64,000 nt of DNA from an uncultured Clostridia bacterium (GCA_944383295.1 CALWOW010000013.1:1043-65042); one strand, 5' to 3'; positions 30,677 through 38,895 are shown, counted from the stretch's first letter. Notes: generated by a model from the sequence alone, not told the origin. Made by a program: numbers and translations.

Positions 30677-31348
30677 ATGATTAATATAGATGTTTTAATT
30701 CGTACCAACAGAAAATCAATTTCAATTTCCATATCTCCGCAAGGTAATATTGTAGTAAAAGCGCCACGTTCTTGTAGTATGGGTGAAATTCAAAATATTG
30801 TTTCTAAAAAAGAAAGCTGGATTAATCTTCATAGGCAAAGAATACTAGATAATTTAGAATTAAATAACAAGATTTTTACATATCAGGATATTTTATTTTG
30901 TGGTAAAGTTTACCATGTCGTTTTAGATACAAAATCTAAAAATATTGTATTAGAAAATGATTATTGTATCGTACCGGAAAAATTTAGGAATAACATTTCT
31001 CGAGCTTTAAGCAAATGGTATAAAAAAGTTGCCATGCCAATTTTGTGGGGTAGGGTGGAGTATTTTTCAAATCTAATGCAAGTTGAGCCTAAAAATTTTC
31101 GTTTAAGCAATGCAAAGGGTTGCTGGGGCTCTTGCAACTCTCAAGGGTTAGTTTCTTTAAACTGGCGATTGATTATGGTACCGCACAATTTAATTGATTA
31201 TGTCGTCGTACACGAATTGTCTCATTTGCTACAAATGAATCATTCTCAATTATTTTGGAAAATTGTATCTAGTGTATTGCCTGATTTTCGTGTGCGAAGA
31301 CAAAACCTAAAAAAAGGCGATTATTTGCTAAGTTTGTTTAGGGAATAG
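30677..31348 (+). CDS. DUF45/YgjP-type (M48-like) zinc metallopeptidase
   Basis: HExxH in VVHELSHLLQMNHSQLFW, typical YgjP/WLM-like core. ATG at 30677 preferred over GTG at 30671 on SD spacing (AGGTG). Confidence 0.8.
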   Translation: MINIDVLIRTNRKSISISISPQGNIVVKAPRSCSMGEIQNIVSKKESWINLHRQRILDNLELNNKIFTYQDILFCGKVYHVVLDTKSKNIVLENDYCIVPEKFRNNISRALSKWYKKVAMPILWGRVEYFSNLMQVEPKNFRLSNAKGCWGSCNSQGLVSLNWRLIMVPHNLIDYVVVHELSHLLQMNHSQLFWKIVSSVLPDFRVRRQNLKKGDYLLSLFRE

Positions 31349-31381
31349 GGGTTTGTGAAATTTCACCCTAATACCTCCTTA

Positions 31382-31415
31382 AACTATGCGTAAAATACAA
31401 GTTTTACGCATAGTT
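31382..31415. repeat. perfect 14-6-14 inverted repeat AACTATGCGTAAAA-TACAAG-TTTTACGCATAGTT
   Basis: Read directly from the sequence. Arms at 31382-31395 and 31402-31415 are exact reverse complements, and the 6-bp centre is asymmetric. No contiguous U-tract follows on either strand. Function unknown: recombinase site, operator or atypical terminator. Confidence 0.9.
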
Positions 31416-31680
31416 AGGGTTAAAAACGTGGTTTTTGGGCTAAAATTACCTTAATTTTATCAAAATTTAGATTTTTTAATTAAATTCATTGATAATGCTT
31501 TATTAAAATTGTTTAAGTTTCTTACATATTATTATGTACAATTTAATTACTTTATATAAAATTAAATGAATAATCCTTCGTTAAAAATTTTTTACTCTGT
31601 CTCAGCGCATTTTAAATTGACTTTACACAGAGTTAATTTTTTTAAGGATTACAGATTTTACTGATTAATATAAATACATT

Positions 31681-31693
31681 TAAAATGATTTTA
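31681..31693. promoter_or_regulatory. 13-bp palindrome TAAAATGATTTTA, copy 1 of 3
   Basis: Exact 6-1-6 palindrome in the ORF-free region upstream of the tyrosine recombinase. Confidence 0.4.
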
Positions 31694-31750
31694 GAGCCGA
31701 GATTTTTTTATAAATGCATAATTGTCCATTTGAATTTTGTCAAATAATTT

Positions 31751-31763
31751 TAAAATCATTTTA
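31751..31763. promoter_or_regulatory. 13-bp palindrome TAAAATCATTTTA, copy 2 of 3
   Basis: Same arms with centre C. Lies 70 bp after copy 1. Confidence 0.4.
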
Positions 31764-31810
31764 TACAAAGCTTCTAAAAATTAATTTACGAAAAGCTCTT
31801 AAATCTCTAT

Positions 31811-31823
31811 TAAAATGATTTTA
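31811..31823. promoter_or_regulatory. 13-bp palindrome TAAAATGATTTTA, copy 3 of 3, overlapping the -35 of the recombinase promoter
   Basis: Lies 60 bp after copy 2. Overlaps TTTACA at 31820-31825. Confidence 0.4.
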
Positions 31824-31848
31824 CAAATGTTCTATTTTTTGATATACT
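31820..31848 (+). promoter_or_regulatory. sigma-A promoter candidate for the tyrosine recombinase (TTTACA-17-TATACT)
   Basis: TTTACA at 31820-31825, 17-nt spacer, TATACT at 31843-31848. The spacer carries AGAACATTTGTAAA on the opposite strand. Confidence 0.45.
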
Positions 31849-31866
31849 ATGCAAAGAGGTTTAAAA

Positions 31867-32913
31867 ATGTCAGAAAAATATTATGTAGAACGCAATGATA
31901 ATAATACAACACGTTTACGTGAACTTAAACAAGAATTGCCGTATTTTTGTAGTGAGTTTTTTGTCGGCGTTGAGAACCAAACAACACCTTTAACACGTTT
32001 AAATTATGCCTATGATTTAAGGATATTTTTTCATTATTTGTGTACCCAGCTACCCCAATTTTTAGGTCGCAATCCAAAGCAAATATCTTTGATGGACTTA
32101 AATTTAATTGATGCTACACAGATTGAAAATTTCCTTGATTACTTAAATATGTATGAGTATAATGGAAAAACTTATCACAACAACGAAAAAGCAAAATCTC
32201 GTAAATTATCTACCCTACGTTCATTTTTTGGTTATTTTTTTAAGAAAGAAAAAATTGATAGAAACGTTACAGACAAAGTAGATTTACCGAAATTGCACGA
32301 GAAATCTATCGTTCGTTTAGAAGTGAACGAAATGGTTGATTTGTTAGATATGGCAGAGACTGGCTATGCGCTCACCCCTACTCAACAAGCTTTTCACCGT
32401 CATACAGAATCTCGTGACTATGCTATAATTACGCTTATGTTGGGTACTGGTATTCGTGTAAGTGAATGTGTAGGATTGGATGTTGATGACATTGATTTTA
32501 CTATAAATGGTTTTAAAGTAATTCGTAAAGGTGGCGCTCAAGTTGTTTTGTATTTTTCTGATGAAGTAGCTAATGCATTGCGAAAATATCTCGATGATCG
32601 TGCTCAAATTACTGATTTACCACCTACTGAACGAGCTTTGTTCTTGTCATTACAAAAGAAACGTATTTCAACACGTGCTGTTCAAAATTTAGTAAAAAAA
32701 TATAGTAGTCTTGTTACCCCATTAAAAAACATAAGCCCTCATAAATTACGTAGCACGTATGGTACTAACTTGTATAGAGAAACTCAAGATATTTATGTTG
32801 TTGCTGATGTCTTGGGTCATAAAGATATAAATACTACAAAGAAACACTATGCCGCTATGAGCGAAGATATTAGGCGTGAAGCAGCGTCAAAGGTTAAATT
32901 ACGTGATAATTAA
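31867..32913 (+). CDS. tyrosine site-specific recombinase, Xer family (XerS/XerD-like)
   Basis: Catalytic set: GTGIRVSEcvgL (Arg), VIRKGG (Lys), HKLRSTYGT (HxxR), LGHKDINTTKKHY (His..Tyr). ATG at 31867 preferred (AGAGG SD) over 31849. About 348 aa. Confidence 0.9.
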   Translation: MSEKYYVERNDNNTTRLRELKQELPYFCSEFFVGVENQTTPLTRLNYAYDLRIFFHYLCTQLPQFLGRNPKQISLMDLNLIDATQIENFLDYLNMYEYNGKTYHNNEKAKSRKLSTLRSFFGYFFKKEKIDRNVTDKVDLPKLHEKSIVRLEVNEMVDLLDMAETGYALTPTQQAFHRHTESRDYAIITLMLGTGIRVSECVGLDVDDIDFTINGFKVIRKGGAQVVLYFSDEVANALRKYLDDRAQITDLPPTERALFLSLQKKRISTRAVQNLVKKYSSLVTPLKNISPHKLRSTYGTNLYRETQDIYVVADVLGHKDINTTKKHYAAMSEDIRREAASKVKLRDN

Positions 32914-32945
32914 AAAGCTAATTTTAATTTTTTATCCAAAAAATA

Positions 32946-32959
32946 CGAACGAATGTTTG
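32946..32959. promoter_or_regulatory. LexA (Cheo/SOS) box upstream of lexA: CGAAC-GAAT-GTTTG
   Basis: Close to CGAAC-N4-GTTCG. Overlaps the -35 of the lexA promoter, so autoregulation is expected. Confidence 0.65.
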
Positions 32960-32985
32960 ACTTTTTGAGCGTGTTATGTTAAAAT
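32957..32985 (+). promoter_or_regulatory. sigma-A promoter candidate for lexA (TTGACT-17-TGtTAAAAT)
   Basis: TTGACT at 32957-32962, TG at 32977-32978, TAAAAT at 32980-32985. Confidence 0.5.
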
Positions 32986-33017
32986 GGATAAAAAATCAAA
33001 GGAGAAATTGTTCAAAA

Positions 33018-33647
33018 ATGCAAAAAAGAATACACAGTAAAACTGAACAACTATATGAATTCATAAAAAAATATAAAGCTAAAAATGGTTTTCCACCTTC
33101 GGTTCGTGAAATGTGTGCTGCTTTGGATATAAACTCAACATCTACTATTACATATTATCTAAATTATCTTGAAGAACAAGGTAAAATAAGACGTGGCGTA
33201 TATAAAAATCGTGCTATAGAGATTTTAGCGCCAAGTGAACCAGACAATCAAGAAACTCTCGAAATTATTAAAAACTACTCCCCTATTCCTGTTTTAGGTC
33301 GAATTACAGCAGGGCAACCTATTTTAGCAACCGAAAATCGTGAAGATGTGTTGTATATGCCGGCAAATTTGTTTAAGGGTAACGACTTATTTATATTAAA
33401 TGTATGTGGTGACAGTATGATTAATGCAGGCATCTATGATGGGGATAAAGTTGTTATAAAGAAACAGGACACAGCCGAAAATGGTGAAATAGTTGCCGCT
33501 TTAATTGATGATAGTGCCACTATTAAACGTTTTTATAAGGAAAATGGACATTATCGTTTGCAACCTGAAAATCCAACTATGGAACCAATGTATTTTGATG
33601 AAGTATCAATAATAGGTAAAGTTGTAGGCCTGATAAGGACAATGTAA
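33018..33647 (+). CDS. lexA: SOS repressor LexA (S24 peptidase)
   Basis: N-terminal wHTH (GFPPSVREMCAAL...YYLNYLEEQGKI). Cleavage and catalytic region (GRITAGQPI, GDSM, K in IKRF). Start moved to the ATG at 33018 behind AAAGGAGA. Confidence 0.95.
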   Translation: MQKRIHSKTEQLYEFIKKYKAKNGFPPSVREMCAALDINSTSTITYYLNYLEEQGKIRRGVYKNRAIEILAPSEPDNQETLEIIKNYSPIPVLGRITAGQPILATENREDVLYMPANLFKGNDLFILNVCGDSMINAGIYDGDKVVIKKQDTAENGEIVAALIDDSATIKRFYKENGHYRLQPENPTMEPMYFDEVSIIGKVVGLIRTM

Positions 33648-33676
33648 AAAACCGCTAAATTTAAGCGGTTTTTTTA
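33646..33676. terminator. bidirectional terminator between convergent lexA and miaA
   Basis: ACCGCT-N7-AGCGGT hairpin flanked by an A6 run and a T7 run. Confidence 0.7.
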
Positions 33677-34392
33677 TATTCTTTATAATATTGAGTTAGA
33701 TAGTCAATCAATTTATCAGTGTCTTTTACCTGCCATTCTTCTTTATTTTGCTCATTTCTAAACCAAGTTAATTGTCTTTTTGCATAATTTCTAGTATTCT
33801 TTTTCATTAAATCTATTGCATTGTCTAGTGTGATTTCGCCATCTAAATAATCCCAAATCTCCTTGTAACCTATTGCTTGCATGCATTGACAATCTTTTGT
33901 AACACCTATTTTACGTAAAGCCTTTACTTCATCAATCAAGCCATTTTCTAGCATTTTATCCACTCTTTTGTTTATTTTTGAGTATATCACTTCTCTATTA
34001 TCATTGTAAAAAATCATTTTGAAGTCGTAAATTGGAGCTTTTTTTGTTCCTTCAAAATCAAAACCATATAATAAACTATCTATATATAATCCCGTTCCTC
34101 CGACAATAACTGGCAACTTTCCATTTTTTACAATTTCATCAAGTGCTTTTTTAGCTTCGGTAACAAAATTGTAAGCATTAAAAGTTTCAAAAGGATTTAC
34201 AAAATCAACTAAATAATGTTTGCATTGCTTAATTTCCTGCCTGCTTGGTTTTGATGTTGCTATCTCGATGCCTTTATAAACTTGCACGGAATCCGCAGAA
34301 ATTATCTCCATATTGATTTTTTGAGACAATTTCAGTGCTAAATCAGATTTTCCGACTGCGGTACAACCACAAATAATCAATAATTTTTGCAT
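33661..34392 (-). CDS. miaA: tRNA dimethylallyltransferase MiaA (short form, 243 aa)
   Basis: P-loop GCTAVGKS, SADSVQVYKG, HYLVD, GGTGLY, C-terminal YAKRQLTWFR. The start overlaps the mutL stop (TAATG). Confidence 0.85.
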   Translation of the reverse strand: MQKLLIICGCTAVGKSDLALKLSQKINMEIISADSVQVYKGIEIATSKPSRQEIKQCKHYLVDFVNPFETFNAYNFVTEAKKALDEIVKNGKLPVIVGGTGLYIDSLLYGFDFEGTKKAPIYDFKMIFYNDNREVIYSKINKRVDKMLENGLIDEVKALRKIGVTKDCQCMQAIGYKEIWDYLDGEITLDNAIDLMKKNTRNYAKRQLTWFRNEQNKEEWQVKDTDKLIDYLTQYYKEYKKTA

Positions 34393-36281
34393 TAGACTAT
34401 CCTTCTAAACCATTTATCAATATCTTTTCTTGTAAATTTAACGACAAAAGGTCTGCCATGAGGGCATTGCATTGTGACATTACCATCACCTACCCCTCGT
34501 ACAAGCTTGATTAATTCTTCTTTGCTTAAATCATCTCCACCCTTTACCGCATGCTTGCAGGCCTTTTCAGCAAGGTCATCTCGTATTAAATCAATACTTT
34601 TCATTTGACTATAATTGTTAAGGTTTGCTAAAAAATTGCTAAAGAAGTTTGGAACATTCAAGTCTGGAAGCAAACTTGGTATAGCAGAAATTTTAAAACT
34701 AAGATTCCCAAAGGGTTCTATACCAAATCCTAACGATTGTAACATTGATAAATTTTCATTTAAGAATTGTTCTTCTTGATAATTTACTTCAATTGTATAT
34801 GGCAAAAGTAAAGGTTGACTCGAAACATTATCATTTTTGATTTGAGATACAAATTTATCAAAAAGTAAGCGCTCATGTGCTGCGTGTTGGTCAATGAAAT
34901 ATAAATTATCTTCTTGTTCCAGAATTACAAATGTATTAAAGGCTTTACCTATTATTTGACTCGATAAATAAGCATCTTTATCTACAATTTCTTCTTTTAT
35001 TAATTGTTGTTGTGTTGGTTGTGGTACAAATACGGGTTTTTCTTCAGTTGTATTTAAAGTTTCTTTTGGCGTTTGTGAAGTTAATTTTTCAATTATTATT
35101 TCGCTTAAAACTGAATCTTTCGAACTGTGTAGTTCTAATCTGTTGTTATCTTGAGTTAAATTATCAAATAAAATACTCATTCCTAAATCATTTGAGGTAT
35201 TTTGTGTTGTTTCTGTTTTGCGTACATCAACTTCCTCAGGTTTAGATAACTGTATTTCCGGTTGTTTTGTTTCAACTTCTTCATTAGTTTTTTGTGTAAG
35301 ATAATTAAATAATGTTTCACTAATTGCACTATAAATAAAGCCAAATACAGCTCTTGAATCTTGAAAACGAACCTCTAATTTGCTTGGGTGCACATTAACA
35401 TCTACTTCATTTACAGGAATTGAAAAATTGATTACGCAAAAAGGGAAACAATGCTTCATCATATAAGATTCATAACTTTGTGATAAGGCAACATTAATGA
35501 TACTATCTGCAACGTAACGATTATTAACCATAATTGTTTGATAAGTTCTGTTTGGCTTAAAAAATGATGTTTTCCCTAAATATCCGGTTAATTTATAATT
35601 GCCACGCTCAAATTCAATTGGAATTATTGAATTTAAAGTTTGCGCACCATAAACTGCAAATATTGCATCTTTTAACCCCTGCCCAGAACTTGAATAAATC
35701 AACTTATCATCTGCACTGTATTTTATTGAAATGTTAGGATTAGCTAAAATTAATTTTGCAACCAATGTTGTGATATCACTCTCTTCCTTTTTGGGCTTTT
35801 TTAAAAATTTTTGTCTTGCTGGTGTGTTAAAAAACAAATTTTCAACACAAATATAAGTACCAGCAGGAGAACCCTTTTCCCCCTCTGCGACAATTTCCCC
35901 ACCTGATATTTTAATACTATTTCCGTTTGAGTTAATAGTTTTAGAAATGACTTCCACCTGACTTACAGCAGCGATAGATGCTAGCGCTTCACCACGAAAA
36001 CCTAATGTTGCAATGTTATACAAATCGTCCTCATTTGCAATTTTGCTAGTAGCGTGTGGTAAAAAAGCGGACTCTAAATCATCTGGTTCAATCCCGCTTC
36101 CGTTATCGCTTACTACAATTTTGGTAATTCCGCCATCATAAATTTGAATGTTTATTTTATCGGCGCCAGCATCTATACTATTTTCAATTAGTTCTTTTAC
36201 AATAGATGCTGGTTTTTCAACAACTTCACCTGCCGAAATTTTATTAAAAATCTCAGGTTTTAAAATATTAATTTTAGCCAT
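34392..36281 (-). CDS. mutL: DNA mismatch repair protein MutL
   Basis: GHKL ATPase N-terminus (AGEVVEKPASIVKELIENSIDAGA, DNGSGI, GFRGEAL) and a C-terminal dimerisation domain with QHAAHERL. Confidence 0.95.
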   Translation of the reverse strand: MAKINILKPEIFNKISAGEVVEKPASIVKELIENSIDAGADKINIQIYDGGITKIVVSDNGSGIEPDDLESAFLPHATSKIANEDDLYNIATLGFRGEALASIAAVSQVEVISKTINSNGNSIKISGGEIVAEGEKGSPAGTYICVENLFFNTPARQKFLKKPKKEESDITTLVAKLILANPNISIKYSADDKLIYSSSGQGLKDAIFAVYGAQTLNSIIPIEFERGNYKLTGYLGKTSFFKPNRTYQTIMVNNRYVADSIINVALSQSYESYMMKHCFPFCVINFSIPVNEVDVNVHPSKLEVRFQDSRAVFGFIYSAISETLFNYLTQKTNEEVETKQPEIQLSKPEEVDVRKTETTQNTSNDLGMSILFDNLTQDNNRLELHSSKDSVLSEIIIEKLTSQTPKETLNTTEEKPVFVPQPTQQQLIKEEIVDKDAYLSSQIIGKAFNTFVILEQEDNLYFIDQHAAHERLLFDKFVSQIKNDNVSSQPLLLPYTIEVNYQEEQFLNENLSMLQSLGFGIEPFGNLSFKISAIPSLLPDLNVPNFFSNFLANLNNYSQMKSIDLIRDDLAEKACKHAVKGGDDLSKEELIKLVRGVGDGNVTMQCPHGRPFVVKFTRKDIDKWFRRIV

Positions 36282-36294
36282 TGTTATTTCCTTA

Positions 36295-38895
36295 TTATTT
36301 AATCTTTTGTTTCAATTCCGCCAATTTTGTAATTGCTTCAATAGGTGTTAAATTATTTATGTCGGTTTTTTCTAAAATATCAACTAACATTTCATACTTT
36401 GCTTGTAATTCAACATTACTGTAGTCATATTGATTTATCGCTAAGTCAAAAGCTTGATTGTCTATTTTTTCTTGGTCTTTCATTACTTCTTTTGCTCTAT
36501 TTACAATAACTTGAGGAATGCCGGCAAGCCTAGCAACTTCCACACCGAAACTTTGATTTGTGCTACCGTATTCTACTTTCCTTAAGAATGACATTTGATT
36601 ATCAAATTCACTTACTGTTACTCGCATATTAACAACCCCTGGCAACTTTCCTTGTAATTCAGTAAGTTTGTGGTAGTGTGTAGCAAACAAAGTACGTGCT
36701 TTTATAGTAGTAGCAATATACTCAAGTACCGCCCATGCAATGCTCAACCCATCTTGAGTAGATGTACCCCTACCTATCTCGTCCAAAATTAATAGACTGT
36801 CTTTTGTTGCATTTTTTATAATGTTTGAAACTTCGTTCATTTCCACCATAAAAGTACTTTGTCCCATACCTAAATTGTCACTTGCGCCTATACGAGTAAA
36901 AATTCTATCCGTAATAGCAATTCGAGCACTTTCTGCTGGAACAAAACAACCTACATGTGCCATCAATACAATTAATGCTATTTGTCGCATATATGTACTT
37001 TTACCTGCCATATTCGGCCCAGTAATAATAATAGTTCGTTCATCATCATTAAAAACTAAATCATTAGGTACAAATCTTTCAGTTGTTATAAGTTTTTCAA
37101 CAACAGGGTGTCGTGATTGAATGATTTCGTAATCAGTAACAGAGTTATTGATAATAGGTCTTGTATAATCATTTGCTACAGCTACATCTGCTAGTGACAT
37201 TAAACAGTCAATTAAGGCAATTTGCCTTGCGGATTGTTGAATTTCTGTAAGACGATTTAACAAATCTTTTCGGACTCTATCAAAAACTTTTAATTCCAAA
37301 TCAAGTTTTTGCTCTTCTGCGTTTAGTATAATTTCTTCTAGTTTTTTCAAATCTGCCGTAGTAAATCGGTCATTGTTTGTACGAGTTTGTATTCTTTGAA
37401 ATCTAAAAGGTAAATTTTCAGATACAGATTTAGGTACTTCAAAATAATATCCGCTTACTCTATTATAAGAAAGCTTCAATTTCTTTTCCCCGGTGAGTTC
37501 TCTTTCTCGTGCTTCTAATTCATTTAACCAATTTTGCCCATCACGTTTTGCTAGTAAACATTTATCTAAATCAGGGTCAAAGCCTTGTTTGATAAATCCC
37601 CCATCTTTGATAACTGCTGGTGGATTATCAATAAAAGCATTTGCCAACTCATTTGCGATATCGGTTAAGTCACATATATTTTTAGCACACGATTTCAACA
37701 ATTTACTATTAAATTTCGATACAATATTTTTTATATTAGGTAATTTTGCTAGAGTTTGTCCCAAAGCTTCACAATTTTTAGGATTTAAGTTTCCATAAGA
37801 GACTCTACCGCACAACCTTTCTAAATCGTTAGTATTTTTTAATATTTCACGCAAATCGGAGCGAGCTAAAGTATCTTTTGTTAATTCCTCAATAGCATCT
37901 AATCTTGCGTTTATTTCTTCATCATCTTGTAAAGGATGCTCTAACCAACTATTTAACAAACGAGCACCCATAGATGTTTCGGTTTTGTCAAGTACCCAAA
38001 GCAGAGAACCACGCTTTTTCCGGTCATACATAGTTTGACAAATTTCTAGATTAAGTCGAGTATTAATATCTAAATGCATAAAGTGACCGTCGTTGATAAC
38101 CTTGATGTTGTTTATATGCGTTAGGTCACGCATTTGAGTCTCTAACAAATAGTTTAATAATGCCCCAGCTGAACAAACAGCTTGAGCTTTCTTTTCGCAC
38201 TTAATTTCATTGAGTGATTTAATGTTAAGTTGTCTTAATAAGGTATTGCGTGCATTATTGTACTCAAAAGCACTATCTTTATGACTACTAAAATGTGGTA
38301 TTACGCCCATTTTTATACATTGTAAGTTGGTACTTTCTAAACAAGATTTTTTGTCTGCAATGATTTCGCTAGGGTTTATACTTACCAATACATCACCCAA
38401 TTTTGTAAATGCGTCATCGCCTGTAAACTGTTGCAAATAAAACTCACCTGTCGTAAGGTCAATCCACGACAATCCAACTATACTAGGTCTTTCAGCACTA
38501 ACCGCAGCAATAAAATTATTCTTTTGTGCTGTTAGTTGATTTTCTTCCATTATGGTTCCAGGAGTAACTATTTGCACAACATCACGTTCAACTAATTGCC
38601 CTTTTACAGGTTCTGTCAATTGTTCGCAAATTGCAACTTTTAGACCTAAATCTGTTAGTTTTGCAATGTAAGTACCTGCAGCATGATAAGGAACACCACA
38701 CATAGGTGCTTTCTGCCCTGCTCCACAATCTCTTGATGTTAAAGTAATATTAAGTAATTTTGATGCTTTTTCGGCATCTTCAAAAAACATTTCGTAAAAG
38801 TCACCTAATCTAAAGAACATAATTGTATCTGGATATTGTTCTTTTTTATCTAAATAACTTCGCATCATTGTTGAAAGTTTAGATTTATCAATCAT
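36295..38895 (-). CDS. mutS: DNA mismatch repair protein MutS
   Basis: N-terminal mismatch-binding FFRLGDFYEMF, Walker A GPNMAGKST, DEIGRGTST, TLFATHYH. Confidence 0.97.
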   Translation of the reverse strand: MIDKSKLSTMMRSYLDKKEQYPDTIMFFRLGDFYEMFFEDAEKASKLLNITLTSRDCGAGQKAPMCGVPYHAAGTYIAKLTDLGLKVAICEQLTEPVKGQLVERDVVQIVTPGTIMEENQLTAQKNNFIAAVSAERPSIVGLSWIDLTTGEFYLQQFTGDDAFTKLGDVLVSINPSEIIADKKSCLESTNLQCIKMGVIPHFSSHKDSAFEYNNARNTLLRQLNIKSLNEIKCEKKAQAVCSAGALLNYLLETQMRDLTHINNIKVINDGHFMHLDINTRLNLEICQTMYDRKKRGSLLWVLDKTETSMGARLLNSWLEHPLQDDEEINARLDAIEELTKDTLARSDLREILKNTNDLERLCGRVSYGNLNPKNCEALGQTLAKLPNIKNIVSKFNSKLLKSCAKNICDLTDIANELANAFIDNPPAVIKDGGFIKQGFDPDLDKCLLAKRDGQNWLNELEARERELTGEKKLKLSYNRVSGYYFEVPKSVSENLPFRFQRIQTRTNNDRFTTADLKKLEEIILNAEEQKLDLELKVFDRVRKDLLNRLTEIQQSARQIALIDCLMSLADVAVANDYTRPIINNSVTDYEIIQSRHPVVEKLITTERFVPNDLVFNDDERTIIITGPNMAGKSTYMRQIALIVLMAHVGCFVPAESARIAITDRIFTRIGASDNLGMGQSTFMVEMNEVSNIIKNATKDSLLILDEIGRGTSTQDGLSIAWAVLEYIATTIKARTLFATHYHKLTELQGKLPGVVNMRVTVSEFDNQMSFLRKVEYGSTNQSFGVEVARLAGIPQVIVNRAKEVMKDQEKIDNQAFDLAINQYDYSNVELQAKYEMLVDILEKTDINNLTPIEAITKLAELKQKIK

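Noticed and set aside
31328-31366. Minus-strand 12-codon micro-ORF (GTG AAA TTT CAC AAA CCC CTA TTC CCT AAA CAA ACT TAG) preceded by a perfect AAGGAGG and by the 14-6-14 hairpin.
   Set aside because: It is antisense to the 3' end of the DUF45/M48 gene and has no promoter I can identify. The peptide (MKFHKPLFPKQT) is neither hydrophobic like a type I toxin nor leader-peptide-like. The SD is most simply the complement of a chance CCTCCT.
33018-33647. LexA-like gene next to a tyrosine recombinase, considered as a prophage CI-type repressor/integrase pair.
   Set aside because: The protein has the full LexA wHTH plus the S24 domain and its own Cheo box. No phage structural, replication or excisionase genes flank it, and both neighbours are core genes.
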